In this document: in pieces, positions 1-8,829 of the stretch
Layout: the number at the start of each line of letters is the position of its first letter
Numbering within the stretch: the first letter of the stretch is position 1
Notes under the pieces: generated by a model
Told to the model about the DNA's origin: nothing
Databases searched by the model: none
What the model saw: only the letters and a program-made list of their open reading frames with translations
Position numbers and translations under genes: made by a program
Source: an uncultured Phycisphaerales bacterium
GTDB lineage: Bacteria; Planctomycetota; Phycisphaerae; Phycisphaerales; UBA1924
NCBI GenBank assembly: GCA_965371965.1
Contig: CBDVAM010000002.1
Location: forward strand, 1,617-65,616
Direction of reading: 5' to 3'
DNA length: 64,000 bases

Positions 1-223
1 ATCACCCCTGACTCGCGCCGACCCACGATCGGCCTCGCGCTCCCGACCCCGGAGGGGTCAACGCCTGTAGCCACGGGTGAAGCGCAGCCGCGCAAGCGGC
101 GAAACGCAACCCGTGGTAACATGATGTCTGGATTCCGCCCCGGAGGGGCGGACGAACTATTCTATCGAAGGAAACTGCCACAATAGCTGTTGACAGCATA
201 TAGTGCCATTCTGGAGCAACCCA

Positions 224-1804
224 ATGATTGTCTACTCCGCAAGTCTTCAGCTCACTAACCATGATGTGCTAACCAAGGTTGCCGGTGCTGTCGAGACTTG
301 GTTGAGCGAGAAGAAGGGACTGCTGGATATTTCGCCGCTCATGGATCAGCCGGCTCGCCGAGAGTTCGGCGACGGAGTCTACCTAGAAACCGCCAGGTCT
401 GAAGACGATGACTCCCCCGCATTTGCCGTCCGCTTCGCCCATCCTGATCGGCACGTTCGCGGTCGTGAGTGGCTAACAGAAGTCGGAGTGCGGGTTGGCA
501 AGGGAGAGTCCAACTGTACTATTGTGCTCCACACGAGTGAATCGAGCGCGCAGGTCAGTGCTCAGGTCGAAACCACGCGACCCCTCGTAGTGCCCGAAAT
601 CCTCGGGCGGTGCAGTCTCAGCAGCGGCACGGCTGGCGGCAAGCTGCGATACCTTACTGAGGCAGACTGTGAGGCCTTTGACTGGACAGTTAGGGATCCC
701 GATCGACGGCATCCTCTGGTTCTGGTCAGCCCTCGTGAGCGCGGCGGCTATTGCGTCGATCCCAACCGCCTGAATGACCTGCTCGTCGGCATAGCTGATG
801 TCGTGCTGATACCCGAGAGCACGGACACCTTTGCGATTGCCGACGCTATTGGCTCTCAGCTTTGCGCCTATCACGGCGCGGTCAACATTCTCTGGCCAGT
901 TGTCAATCGTGTGACGGGTTCGTTCGTACCCTCAACACGCCTGTTGACCGCCGATTTGGAGAATGTCTCGGCACAAGGCAAGCGGCCCGAACCGGACATA
1001 CTCGCACTGATCGGTCATCGCACCAACGCAGCAAATGCCCGAGCCCATATCTCCCCCGAGCGAGTCCAGACTCTTTCGCTCAGGGCGGCACTGACCAAGG
1101 CGGGCGAAGCCAAAACCGTGGAGGATGCCGACCTCGCTAGTTTGTACAAGCAGGTCGATGAGGACCAACGCGCGGAGATCTGCGACCTGAAGTCAACTCT
1201 GGAGATCGAGGAACGCGAGCGCAACGCTGCTGACAGCCAGGTCAAGGAGTTGGACAATACTGTCAAGGCGCTACAGGGCCAGTTGCAACGAGCGGGAAGC
1301 ACGACGTCGTTGTCAACGTCAGAGCTCTCAGATGAAGATCGAAACGCGATCGTCCAGGCGATGGCGGACAATGCCGCACTGCACGATTGTCTTGAGGCGA
1401 TTGGTCGCCTGTACCGTGGACGCGTCGTCATTCTCGACAGTGCGCTCGCCTCGGCTCGCAAAGCCAACAAATTCAACGCCCCAAGAAAGGCATTCGACCT
1501 TTTGTCACGCCTTTGTAGTGAGTACTACAACGCCATGATCACCGGAAAAGGCACCAACGCCGCAAGGCAGATCTTTGGGAAGAACGCGTTCTCTCCGAAA
1601 GAGTCCGAGACAGTCGAGGGGAACAGGCGAGCCGTCAAGCTGCGGACCTTCACCTACAAAGACGAGGATACGCCGATGATGGCACACCTGAAAATCGGTG
1701 TAAAACCCAGCGTTGCCGAGACCTTCCGCTGCCACTTCCTCTGGGATTCTGACGATCGTGTCATTGTAATCGGGCATTGTGGCAAGCATCTCGATCACAA
1801 GTGA
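224..1804 (+). CDS. hypothetical protein (~526 aa) with central coiled-coil; family not recognised
   Basis: ORF 203..1804. The ATG at 224 is preceded by GGAG (212-215) at 7-nt spacing. Central E/L/Q-rich heptad-like stretch (EICDLKSTLEIEERERNAADSQVKELDNTVKALQGQLQ). Visibly lower G+C than the rest of the window. Confidence 0.6.
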   Translation: MIVYSASLQLTNHDVLTKVAGAVETWLSEKKGLLDISPLMDQPARREFGDGVYLETARSEDDDSPAFAVRFAHPDRHVRGREWLTEVGVRVGKGESNCTIVLHTSESSAQVSAQVETTRPLVVPEILGRCSLSSGTAGGKLRYLTEADCEAFDWTVRDPDRRHPLVLVSPRERGGYCVDPNRLNDLLVGIADVVLIPESTDTFAIADAIGSQLCAYHGAVNILWPVVNRVTGSFVPSTRLLTADLENVSAQGKRPEPDILALIGHRTNAANARAHISPERVQTLSLRAALTKAGEAKTVEDADLASLYKQVDEDQRAEICDLKSTLEIEERERNAADSQVKELDNTVKALQGQLQRAGSTTSLSTSELSDEDRNAIVQAMADNAALHDCLEAIGRLYRGRVVILDSALASARKANKFNAPRKAFDLLSRLCSEYYNAMITGKGTNAARQIFGKNAFSPKESETVEGNRRAVKLRTFTYKDEDTPMMAHLKIGVKPSVAETFRCHFLWDSDDRVIVIGHCGKHLDHK

Positions 1805-2708
1805 GGGCAGGTACCACAAACCCATGCCACTGACCCTTCCAAGGACCAGTGCTCCTCATCGCAACACCTACCCACCCAAGAAGCACTGACCATCCGAATG
1901 GTCAGCGGCACATCAATCCCCAACTCCCAAACGCAACTTTTCTCGCACGACACCCATCCCTCGTCCGCCACATCACGACCCTACACACCCTCCCCGTCGA
2001 CGCCGAGCACATCTGCGAAAACAATACCCCCATGATCGCAATCCAAACCCAACTCGAACCCGACCCGACCGAAACTCCAATCGACGCCCCTCCTCAAAAC
2101 CCCAGACCCGAATCCCCAGACCCCTCCCCCGACCCTCGACCCCCTACCCCCGACCCGTCGCCGTTCGGCGACCTCAACGAAGACGCCCTCCTCCGCGACT
2201 TCCTCACCGCCGACATCGACCTCCTCGACATCTGCGACAACCACGATCTGAAAATCACCCAGCTCGACGCCTGGCTCAACCAACCACGGATCCAACAAGC
2301 CCTCGAAACCCTCGAACGCATCAACGAAACACGCGAGCGCGCCATCCTCGCCCAGGCAAGACCCATCGCCGCCTACCGACTCCAGCAGGCCGCCGCCAGA
2401 GACCCTGCGCAAATCGACCCCAAACTCCGCACCACCCACGAATCCGCGCGCAAGGCCGCCGCCCAACTCCTCCGCACCCCCGACGTGCGCAGCAACGTCC
2501 CCACAAGAGGCCCTGGCGCAAGCCTGGGCTCCAATCCACCGAAACACACCATCAACCAACACCCAACCGATACGCCATCGTGTGCCCGAAAGCACAGCAC
2601 AGCACCACCGCGCCCATCGCCCGACACTATCGACGACCCTCAAGCCTCCTCGTTCGACCGCCCGTCACCCGCCCCACGGATCCATTCAACCAACTACACT
2701 CCATTCCA

Positions 2709-3176
2709 ATGCCCGACAAGCCCCCACAACCCTGGACATCCAACGCACCCTTCTCCACCCAGCGCATCCGCGCCGCAGCCGTCTACTGCTCCGACGGACG
2801 CTTCGGCGAGCAGTTCGATGACCTCTGCCACAACGCACTCGACCTCCCCCGCTACGACCGCCTCGCCGTCCCCGGCGGCGCGGCCTGCCTCGCCGGACAC
2901 TTCTCCGCCCACAGCGAAGAGCACTCCGTCGAACAACAACTCCGCTTCCTCATCGAGGTCCACGAGATCGAGCGGGTCGTGCTCATCGCCCACCAGGGCT
3001 GCGCGTACTACACCCACCGCCTCAACATCCACACGATCGACCTGCACGCCCGCCAGCTCGACGACCTCGCCCGCGCCACCACACATGTCCGGGGGCTCAA
3101 CGCCAACCTGCAAGTCGATGCCTTCTTCGCGGCCCTCGACGACGACCAAGTCACCTTCAACCAGATCGACGCCTAA
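2709..3176 (+). CDS. small protein (155 aa) with beta-carbonic-anhydrase-like CxDxR ... HxxC motifs
   Basis: ORF 2580..3176 with an internal ATG at 2709 (MPDKPPQPW...). Contains VYCSDGRF and LIAHQGCAYY, resembling the beta-CA zinc-ligand signature (C-x-D-x-R, H-x-x-C). It is shorter than typical beta-CAs, so the function is tentative. Confidence 0.45.
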   Translation: MPDKPPQPWTSNAPFSTQRIRAAAVYCSDGRFGEQFDDLCHNALDLPRYDRLAVPGGAACLAGHFSAHSEEHSVEQQLRFLIEVHEIERVVLIAHQGCAYYTHRLNIHTIDLHARQLDDLARATTHVRGLNANLQVDAFFAALDDDQVTFNQIDA

Positions 3177-3312
3177 CTCTCCACGCTCGAACGTCTCCCT
3201 ACGAGCCCGAAGCGCAAGCGAGCCTGCGACACTCCAAGCACTCGCCCGTCCCGCCATCTCCCCGCCACAAGACCTCTCCACTCCGTGCCACTCTGTGACA
3301 CTCCGTGGTAGT

Positions 3313-3660
3313 TCATATTTTTCGCTCTTCGTTCTTCGCTTTTCGCTCTCCCCCCCAGGGATCCTCCCGCCTCGGCCCGTACCACATGTCCAACCTCTCG
3401 CGTTTCTTCAACCGCCGCGTCCCGCCGACGAAGAGCTTGCCGATCTCGACGGACATCTCCCAGAACGAGTACGTCCGCAGCTTCCGCCCCGAGGTCACGA
3501 CCGCCGATGGAACCGACACATACCGCCCCTGCTTGCGCAGCCGGCGTGCCAGCAGGAGCTCCTCGTCGTGTGCTGGGATGACAAAGCTGACGAGCACATC
3601 GTCATGCCAAGCCCGGATCACCCAGAGGCTCATAGCGCAAGGCGACACCCCCGCCTTCAA
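3313..3660 (-). pseudogene. C-terminal fragment of a family-2 glycosyltransferase (TIGR04283-like); N-terminal catalytic part absent
   Basis: ...PAHDEELLLARRLRKQGRYVSVPSAVVTSGRKLRTYSFWEMS...LDMWY resembles the C-terminal 'EDxELsxRLrrxG...vTSxRr...' region of TIGR04283-type GT2 enzymes. No upstream GT-A domain exists; the ORF opens only at 3660. Confidence 0.45.
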
Positions 3661-3707
3661 GAAGGCGGGGGTGGGCCTGGTCAGAAAACACGACAGTCAA
3701 AAAGTGA

Positions 3708-4964
3708 TCAGCAGCCGATCACGAAAAGATCCAGGTACGCAAAGAAGTCGTTGGAATCGATGGTTCCGTTGCCATCAATGTCCGCCCTCGGATCATCGGC
3801 GGCAAAGAGATCCAGAAAGTCGAAGAAGTCGTCGGCATCGGCATCGCCGTCGCCGTCGATGTCGGCACCACAGTTCTTGGGCGGCGCGATCGCGTTGAAC
3901 AGCACGCTAGTCGTATTGCTGTCGCCATTCGGCACGGCCAGGTCGGCCATGGTGTCGCCGTTGAGGTCCGCGACGGCTATCTGCTGGGGAGCTGTGCCCG
4001 TGACGAACTGGACCGGCGCACCCAGCGTGCCGCCGAGGTTCTCCAGGCCGCTGACAAAGCTCAGATCCTCGTCGCCGACGACGACGTCGAGGTCGCCATC
4101 ACCGTCGAGGTCGACCGCGGCGATGTCGCCCGGGTTCTGCCCGCCGGTCGTGAAGAATGCCGGGCCGGTGAAGGTGCCCGCACCGGTGTTACTGAAGAGG
4201 TTGAGGAAATCGCCGGAGGCGAGTACGTCAACGTCGCCGTCGCCGTCCATGTCGCCGGTCTCGATCGAGCTCGGGCGCTGATTCGGTGTCGAGATGGACT
4301 GGGACATGCTGAACACGCCGGCGTTATTGGTGAAGAACGCCACGTCGCGGAGCTGGCGACGCCCTACGGCGAAGTCCAGATCGCCATCGCCGTCAAAGTC
4401 GCCGAAGTCTGCCCCGCCGGCCTCGTCACCGACCGAGACGTTGGTGGCGGTGAACACGCCGGCGTTGTTGACCAAGACCGAGACGCTGGCGCCGCTGCGA
4501 TTGGCGGTGAGCAGATCCATATCGCCATCGCCATCAACATCGCCCATTTTCATGGCGCGCGGCTCGCTACCGGTCGCGGCATCGCCCGCCGCACCGAACA
4601 CGCCGGCGGTGTTGGTATATACCCGCACGGTGTTCATGTTCTTGAGAACGACGGCGAAGTCTGTGTCGCCGTCGCCATCGAAGTCATGGGCCTGGAGCGT
4701 GTCGGCGCCGCTGTTCGCGCCGGTGAAGATCTCTGCGGTCTGGGTGAATACACCGGCGTTGTTGGTGAAGATGAGGACGCGGTCCGGTTGGGATACCGAG
4801 ACAGCGAGATCCATGTCACCGTCGCCATCCCAATCGCCCGCGGCGACACCGCCTGGGCGCTGCGCGGTCGCGAGGTTGGTTGCCGGGTCGAACGCCGGCA
4901 CTTCTGCGACCACCGAGGCCGCCAAGCCTGCCACGAGGATCGCACTGATTGTCTTTCTGGTCAT
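3708..4964 (-). CDS. secreted 7x FG-GAP (integrin-alpha-like propeller) protein with C-terminal Gly-Cys-terminated double-dockerin module (member A)
   Basis: ATG at 4964 (MTRKTISAILVAGLAASVVAEV signal peptide, AGGAG upstream). Seven repeats of type GDWDGDGDMDLAV / HDFDGDGDTDFAV. C-terminus NCGADIDGDGDADADDFFDFLDLFAADDPRADIDGNGTIDSNDFFAYLDLFVIGC*. Confidence 0.85.
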   Translation of the reverse strand: MTRKTISAILVAGLAASVVAEVPAFDPATNLATAQRPGGVAAGDWDGDGDMDLAVSVSQPDRVLIFTNNAGVFTQTAEIFTGANSGADTLQAHDFDGDGDTDFAVVLKNMNTVRVYTNTAGVFGAAGDAATGSEPRAMKMGDVDGDGDMDLLTANRSGASVSVLVNNAGVFTATNVSVGDEAGGADFGDFDGDGDLDFAVGRRQLRDVAFFTNNAGVFSMSQSISTPNQRPSSIETGDMDGDGDVDVLASGDFLNLFSNTGAGTFTGPAFFTTGGQNPGDIAAVDLDGDGDLDVVVGDEDLSFVSGLENLGGTLGAPVQFVTGTAPQQIAVADLNGDTMADLAVPNGDSNTTSVLFNAIAPPKNCGADIDGDGDADADDFFDFLDLFAADDPRADIDGNGTIDSNDFFAYLDLFVIGC

Positions 4965-5031
4965 GACTTCATCTCCTGTGTTTGAAGAGCTCGTTGATAC
5001 GCCGCACAGCGCGGCACCGATGAGTTGCATG

Positions 5032-5046
5032 GCAACTCGCGTGCCA
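5032..5046 (-). promoter_or_regulatory. sigma54 (RpoN) -24/-12 promoter, perfect core TGGCAC-N5-TTGC
   Basis: The minus strand reads TTTGGCACGCGAGTTGCC (reverse complement of 5031-5048). It is intergenic, ~68 nt upstream of the ATG at 4964 of member A. Confidence 0.7.
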
Positions 5047-5141
5047 AAGTCGCGTCACAGGGTGCGCCGGCGTCGCTCGCTGTCACGCAGCGCCGGGTGT
5101 CAAGTGACGATCGCCCCTGGCTTGCACTGGCCATGGCGATT

Positions 5142-5155
5142 GGCCAATAGTGTGG
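5142..5155. promoter_or_regulatory. candidate enhancer/UAS motif GGCCAATAGTGTGG (copy 1)
   Basis: About 100 bp upstream of the sigma54 element at 5032-5046. Near-identical motifs occur at 8830-8841 and, inverted, at 11530-11542. Overlaps the palindrome TTGGCCAA. Confidence 0.35.
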
Positions 5156-5239
5156 AAGCAAAGAGAAGACCGGAGCCCCATGGGCACCCGGCCTCCGGGT
5201 TTGAGTTTGCGCTGTCCGTTGCGACGGATCTACAACAAC

Positions 5240-6592
5240 TCAGCATCCGGTGACGAAGAGGTCGAGATACGCAAAGAAGTCGTCGGCGTCGATGTCGCCA
5301 TCGCCGTCGATATCTGCGGCGGGGTCGTCGGCGGCGAACAGATCGAGATAGGTGAAGAAGTCGTCGGCGTCGGCATCGCCGTCACCGTCGAGATCGGCAG
5401 CGCAGCCCAGAGCCGGATCGTCGTACCCGACGAGGTGGATGTCTCCACGCCCGGCGCCGAACGACCACGCCGTCCCGCCGACGACGATCTTGTCGGTGCC
5501 GACGGCCACGGACCATGCCCGGTCGTCGGATACACCCCCGTCAGTCTCGCTCCAGAGCTCGACGCCGTTGGCGTCTGTGCGGACGATGTACATGTCCGCG
5601 CCGCCCGCGCCGAACGAGCCGGTCATGCCTACGAAGATGAACCCGCCGTCGGGCATTACACGCACGCATTGGCCCTTGTCGTCGGCGCGCCCGTCTCCGA
5701 AGATCCGCGTCCAGATGGGCTCTCCCAGGTCATCGGTGCGAACGAGGGCCATATCGGAATCGCCCGACTGGTTCGCGAAACTCCCGGCGAGGACAAAGCC
5801 CCCGTCGGCGAGTTCGCGGATCGAACTCAGGGTGCTGGAGCCCCCGCCGTTGTTGTGCGTCTGGTCCCAGATCGCAACGCCGAGCTCATCTGTGCGGATC
5901 ACCCACCAATCCCAGATTGGGCCTTGCACGAACCCGCCGATGATGTACCCGCCGGTGGAGACCTCTTCAATCGCGAGCGCAACGTCCGAGCCTGCGTTGG
6001 GGCCATCGTCGTACTCGTAGGTTTGCGCCCATTGCTGGATGCCGTTTGCGTCGGTCTTGACCACATACATGTCGTAGCTGCCGAAGTCGCCGTCGAGGAA
6101 CCACGTCTGCCCGGCGATGATGAAGCCGCCGTCGGATGTGAGAGCCAGGGCGTGCGCTCTGCTGTCTCTGCCCGCGTCGTAGGTCCTCTCCCACAGCAGG
6201 CCGCCGTTGGCGTCTGTCCGGATGAGGAAGGCTCTGAATGAGCCGTTTCTCCCGGTCCTTCCGGCGATCGCGTACCCGCCACCGGGCAGCTCTTTGACAT
6301 CGGCCCCGTAGTTATGGAAGTCCGATAGGTTATCGAATGTCCGCGACCACTCCTGGTCGCCGTTGGCGTCGGTCTTCACGAGGTACACGGCTATGCCCGA
6401 GTTGGGTGAGAACGATCTGCTGAACCCGACGGCGATGTACCCGCCATCGCGCGTCGCCTCGATCGCGAATGCCCCGTCCTCGCTTTCGCCGCCATAATCG
6501 CGTGTGAAGAGAACGTCTTGGGCGCGTGCCCCCGGGGTGCCGCCCGCGACCAGCACCGCGGCGAAGACCATGAGTTTTCTCTGAGCGTGCAT
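5240..6592 (-). CDS. secreted beta-propeller repeat protein with Gly-Cys double-dockerin module (member B)
   Basis: ATG at 6592 with AAGGAG 7 nt upstream. Signal peptide MHAQRKLMVFAAVLVAGGTPGARAQ. Six to seven ~50-aa repeats (TDANGxxxW...DGGYIxxG). C-terminus GCAADLDGDGDADADDFFTYLDLFAADDPAADIDGDGDIDADDFFAYLDLFVTGC*. Confidence 0.85.
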   Translation of the reverse strand: MHAQRKLMVFAAVLVAGGTPGARAQDVLFTRDYGGESEDGAFAIEATRDGGYIAVGFSRSFSPNSGIAVYLVKTDANGDQEWSRTFDNLSDFHNYGADVKELPGGGYAIAGRTGRNGSFRAFLIRTDANGGLLWERTYDAGRDSRAHALALTSDGGFIIAGQTWFLDGDFGSYDMYVVKTDANGIQQWAQTYEYDDGPNAGSDVALAIEEVSTGGYIIGGFVQGPIWDWWVIRTDELGVAIWDQTHNNGGGSSTLSSIRELADGGFVLAGSFANQSGDSDMALVRTDDLGEPIWTRIFGDGRADDKGQCVRVMPDGGFIFVGMTGSFGAGGADMYIVRTDANGVELWSETDGGVSDDRAWSVAVGTDKIVVGGTAWSFGAGRGDIHLVGYDDPALGCAADLDGDGDADADDFFTYLDLFAADDPAADIDGDGDIDADDFFAYLDLFVTGC

Positions 6593-6641
6593 GATGATGC
6601 TCCTTGAGACTGTCGGGTGTGGACCCGGTGCCGGTCGCTTC

Positions 6642-8774
6642 TTAGCAGCCGGCCGCGAAGAGATCGAGATACGCAAAGAAATCGTCGGCATCGATGTCGC
6701 CATCGCCATCGATGTCGGCGGCGGAGTCGCCAGCGGCGAAGAGATCAAGGTAGGCGAAGAAGTCTTCTGCGTCGGCGTCGCCATCGCCATCAAGGTCGGC
6801 CGCACAACCGATGCTCGGCATCAGGACCGTTGCCACGCCCTCGCTGATCTGGCTGAGCCAGAGACGGCCGTTCGCGTCGAACTCGACGTCGCCGAGCTGA
6901 TGGTGGGTCATGGGCGAGTCCTGCCTCGTGAAGATCGTCCACGACTCGTGGTCGTTGATGTCTCCGGAGACAAAGCAGAGCCCGTGGGGGAAGGGGGCCT
7001 GGTTCTCGAAGGTGTGCGCGCTGAGGGCCATGAGTCCGTCATCACGGAAGTCGATGCCGCTGATCGAGATGCCGGGCAGTGGCGAGTTGGTTGTGTCGTA
7101 GAGGGTGAACTGCTTGCCGTCGAATCGGACGAGGCCGTCCACCATGCCGAGCCAGAGGGTGTCGTCGGGACCGATCTTCATCGATCTGATGCCTCCGCGT
7201 TCGAAGATGATATTGAACTCAGTGGCGTCCCAGTCAGTCCAGGTTGTGCCATCGAATCGATGGAAGCTCAGTCGCGATGCGACCCACATGTTTCCTTGGC
7301 TATCAGACTCGATGCCGATGACGATCCCATGGGGAGGCAGGTCGCCAAGCGAGTGGTGCTCCCAGTCATTGCCGGCTTGGCCCCAGAGGCCGCTGTAGTC
7401 TCCGCCGATCCACATGCGCCCGTTGGGATCCTCGCCGATGGCCTGGAAGATCTCGACTCCCAGGCTGCTGTTGCGCCAGTCCCAGATCTGGAAGTCGTTG
7501 CCATCCCATGCGCCGACGCCGTTGGAGCCCATCCAGGGGATCCCATCGCTATCCTCAAAGATGCCGTGTGCCTGCTCGGCGAGGAAGGGCCAAGGATTCT
7601 GTTGCCCGTTGTGCATCCCCCAGTTTTGCCAGCTCTGGTGATCAAACCTGCTCATGCCGGCCTCGCCGGTGGCAACCCACATGTTGCCGGTGGGGCCGCT
7701 ATAGAAGTTGTCGATGAAATAGTCCGGGATGCCGGTGTTATATGAGTTGAATGCCTCGAGCCAGGCGCCGGAGGCGTTGAGATGGCGCGAGGCACCCGGG
7801 GTCGTGACCCAGATGTCGCCGTTGTCGGCGAAGGCGAGCGAGGTGATCCGGATGCCCTGATTGGTGAACTCTTGCCAGGTGCTCCCTCCGTCACGCGAGC
7901 GAGCCACCTGGCCGAACCAGTTGGCAAGATAGACCGCGCCGTCGGGCCCGACCTCAACGGCGGTCGTGGTCGTATTCGCGAGCCCGGTGACGTCGCCGAA
8001 ATAGGCCTCATACTGCCCTGTCGAGCGATCGAAACGGTAAAACCCGTTGCCGCCGCCAACGTCTGCTCTCATCCATATGTCGCCATTGTGATCTTCGTGG
8101 AGGTCGGTAAATCGCGATGGGCCGTCGTGGAAGATCCAGTCGGTGCCGTCAAACTCCGCCAAGCCGGCGAGCACCTTATTGCCGACGAAGACGTGCCCGT
8201 CGCCGGCAACGACGATTGAACTGAGCGCGTCCCAGATCTCGTCCCAGGGCATTTCAATACCCGTCTCGTACTTGGTCCAGTTCACACCGTCGAACTCGAA
8301 GATCGCGTGATTGGTCCGCTGTACGCCGGTGTTGTTGATCCAGACGTGCCCGTCGGCGTCCAGGTCGATGTCCTTGATCCTGTTGTGGCGCAGCGGCGAG
8401 TTGCTCGTGTTGTACACCGTCCACTTGTCGCCATCCTTGTGGACCAGTCCGCCCTCGGTTGCGATCCAGATCGAGCCGTCTTGTGCGAACTCGATGTCGT
8501 CTATGAACTCGCTGGGAATCGGCGTCTCCCAGTTGGCCCATGTTTCCCACGTTTGTGTGGTGAAGTCATAGATCCCGAGGCCGCCTTCGCGCCAGAAGGG
8601 CCAGCGTGCCGCAACCCAGAGGCGCCCATCTGGCCCGAAGGTGTTGAAGCGAGCTTCCTCGCCGGGTACGCCGGTGTTGCTGGGCTTGAGGATCTTCCAG
8701 TCCTGGGCCATCGCTCCGCAGGCCAGCGCCCCAAGGGACGCCGCTACCAATGTCATACTCCACTTCCGTTTCAT
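6642..8774 (-). CDS. secreted two-component-regulator-propeller (Reg_prop-like) repeat protein with Gly-Cys double-dockerin module (member C)
   Basis: ATG at 8774. Signal peptide MKRKWSMTLVAASLGALACGAMAQ. Repeats of type DGxxWIATxxGLxxxDGxxWTxY typical of Reg_prop propellers. C-terminus GCAADLDGDGDADAEDFFAYLDLFAAGDSAADIDGDGDIDADDFFAYLDLFAAGC*. Confidence 0.85.
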   Translation of the reverse strand: MKRKWSMTLVAASLGALACGAMAQDWKILKPSNTGVPGEEARFNTFGPDGRLWVAARWPFWREGGLGIYDFTTQTWETWANWETPIPSEFIDDIEFAQDGSIWIATEGGLVHKDGDKWTVYNTSNSPLRHNRIKDIDLDADGHVWINNTGVQRTNHAIFEFDGVNWTKYETGIEMPWDEIWDALSSIVVAGDGHVFVGNKVLAGLAEFDGTDWIFHDGPSRFTDLHEDHNGDIWMRADVGGGNGFYRFDRSTGQYEAYFGDVTGLANTTTTAVEVGPDGAVYLANWFGQVARSRDGGSTWQEFTNQGIRITSLAFADNGDIWVTTPGASRHLNASGAWLEAFNSYNTGIPDYFIDNFYSGPTGNMWVATGEAGMSRFDHQSWQNWGMHNGQQNPWPFLAEQAHGIFEDSDGIPWMGSNGVGAWDGNDFQIWDWRNSSLGVEIFQAIGEDPNGRMWIGGDYSGLWGQAGNDWEHHSLGDLPPHGIVIGIESDSQGNMWVASRLSFHRFDGTTWTDWDATEFNIIFERGGIRSMKIGPDDTLWLGMVDGLVRFDGKQFTLYDTTNSPLPGISISGIDFRDDGLMALSAHTFENQAPFPHGLCFVSGDINDHESWTIFTRQDSPMTHHQLGDVEFDANGRLWLSQISEGVATVLMPSIGCAADLDGDGDADAEDFFAYLDLFAAGDSAADIDGDGDIDADDFFAYLDLFAAGC

Positions 8775-8829
8775 CAGATGTACCTCGTTCGTTTCTCTCT
8801 GTGGCGAGCGGCTCTGCCGACGCCAAGAA

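Noticed and set aside
1-200. tRNA, tmRNA or att site at the left edge, as an island insertion target
   Set aside because: There is no T-arm (GGTTCGAATCC-like) and no cloverleaf with a CCA-adjacent acceptor stem. The hairpins have 3-4 nt loops, not tRNA geometry.
1849-4281. 810-aa ORF on the plus strand
   Set aside because: Beyond about 2600 the translation is low-complexity S/T/P/A/R. It overlaps a better ORF (2709-3176) in another frame and runs antisense to the dockerin gene at 3708-4964. This is typical stop-poor read-through in high-GC DNA. Only its first ~180 codons after ATG 2032 look protein-like, and these are reported separately.
5165-5215. Intrinsic terminator between member B and the sigma54 promoter of member A
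   Set aside because: Only short stems (5-6 bp) can be drawn. The clearest stem, CCCGG-CCT-CCGGG followed by TTTGAGTTT, is oriented for the plus strand, which carries no gene here.
8811-8826. Third sigma54-like element (minus strand TGGCGT-N5-GAGC)
   Set aside because: It keeps the GG/GC spacing, but only about 6 of 10 core positions match. That is too weak to call a promoter from sequence alone. It is mentioned only in connection with the adjacent 12-mer.
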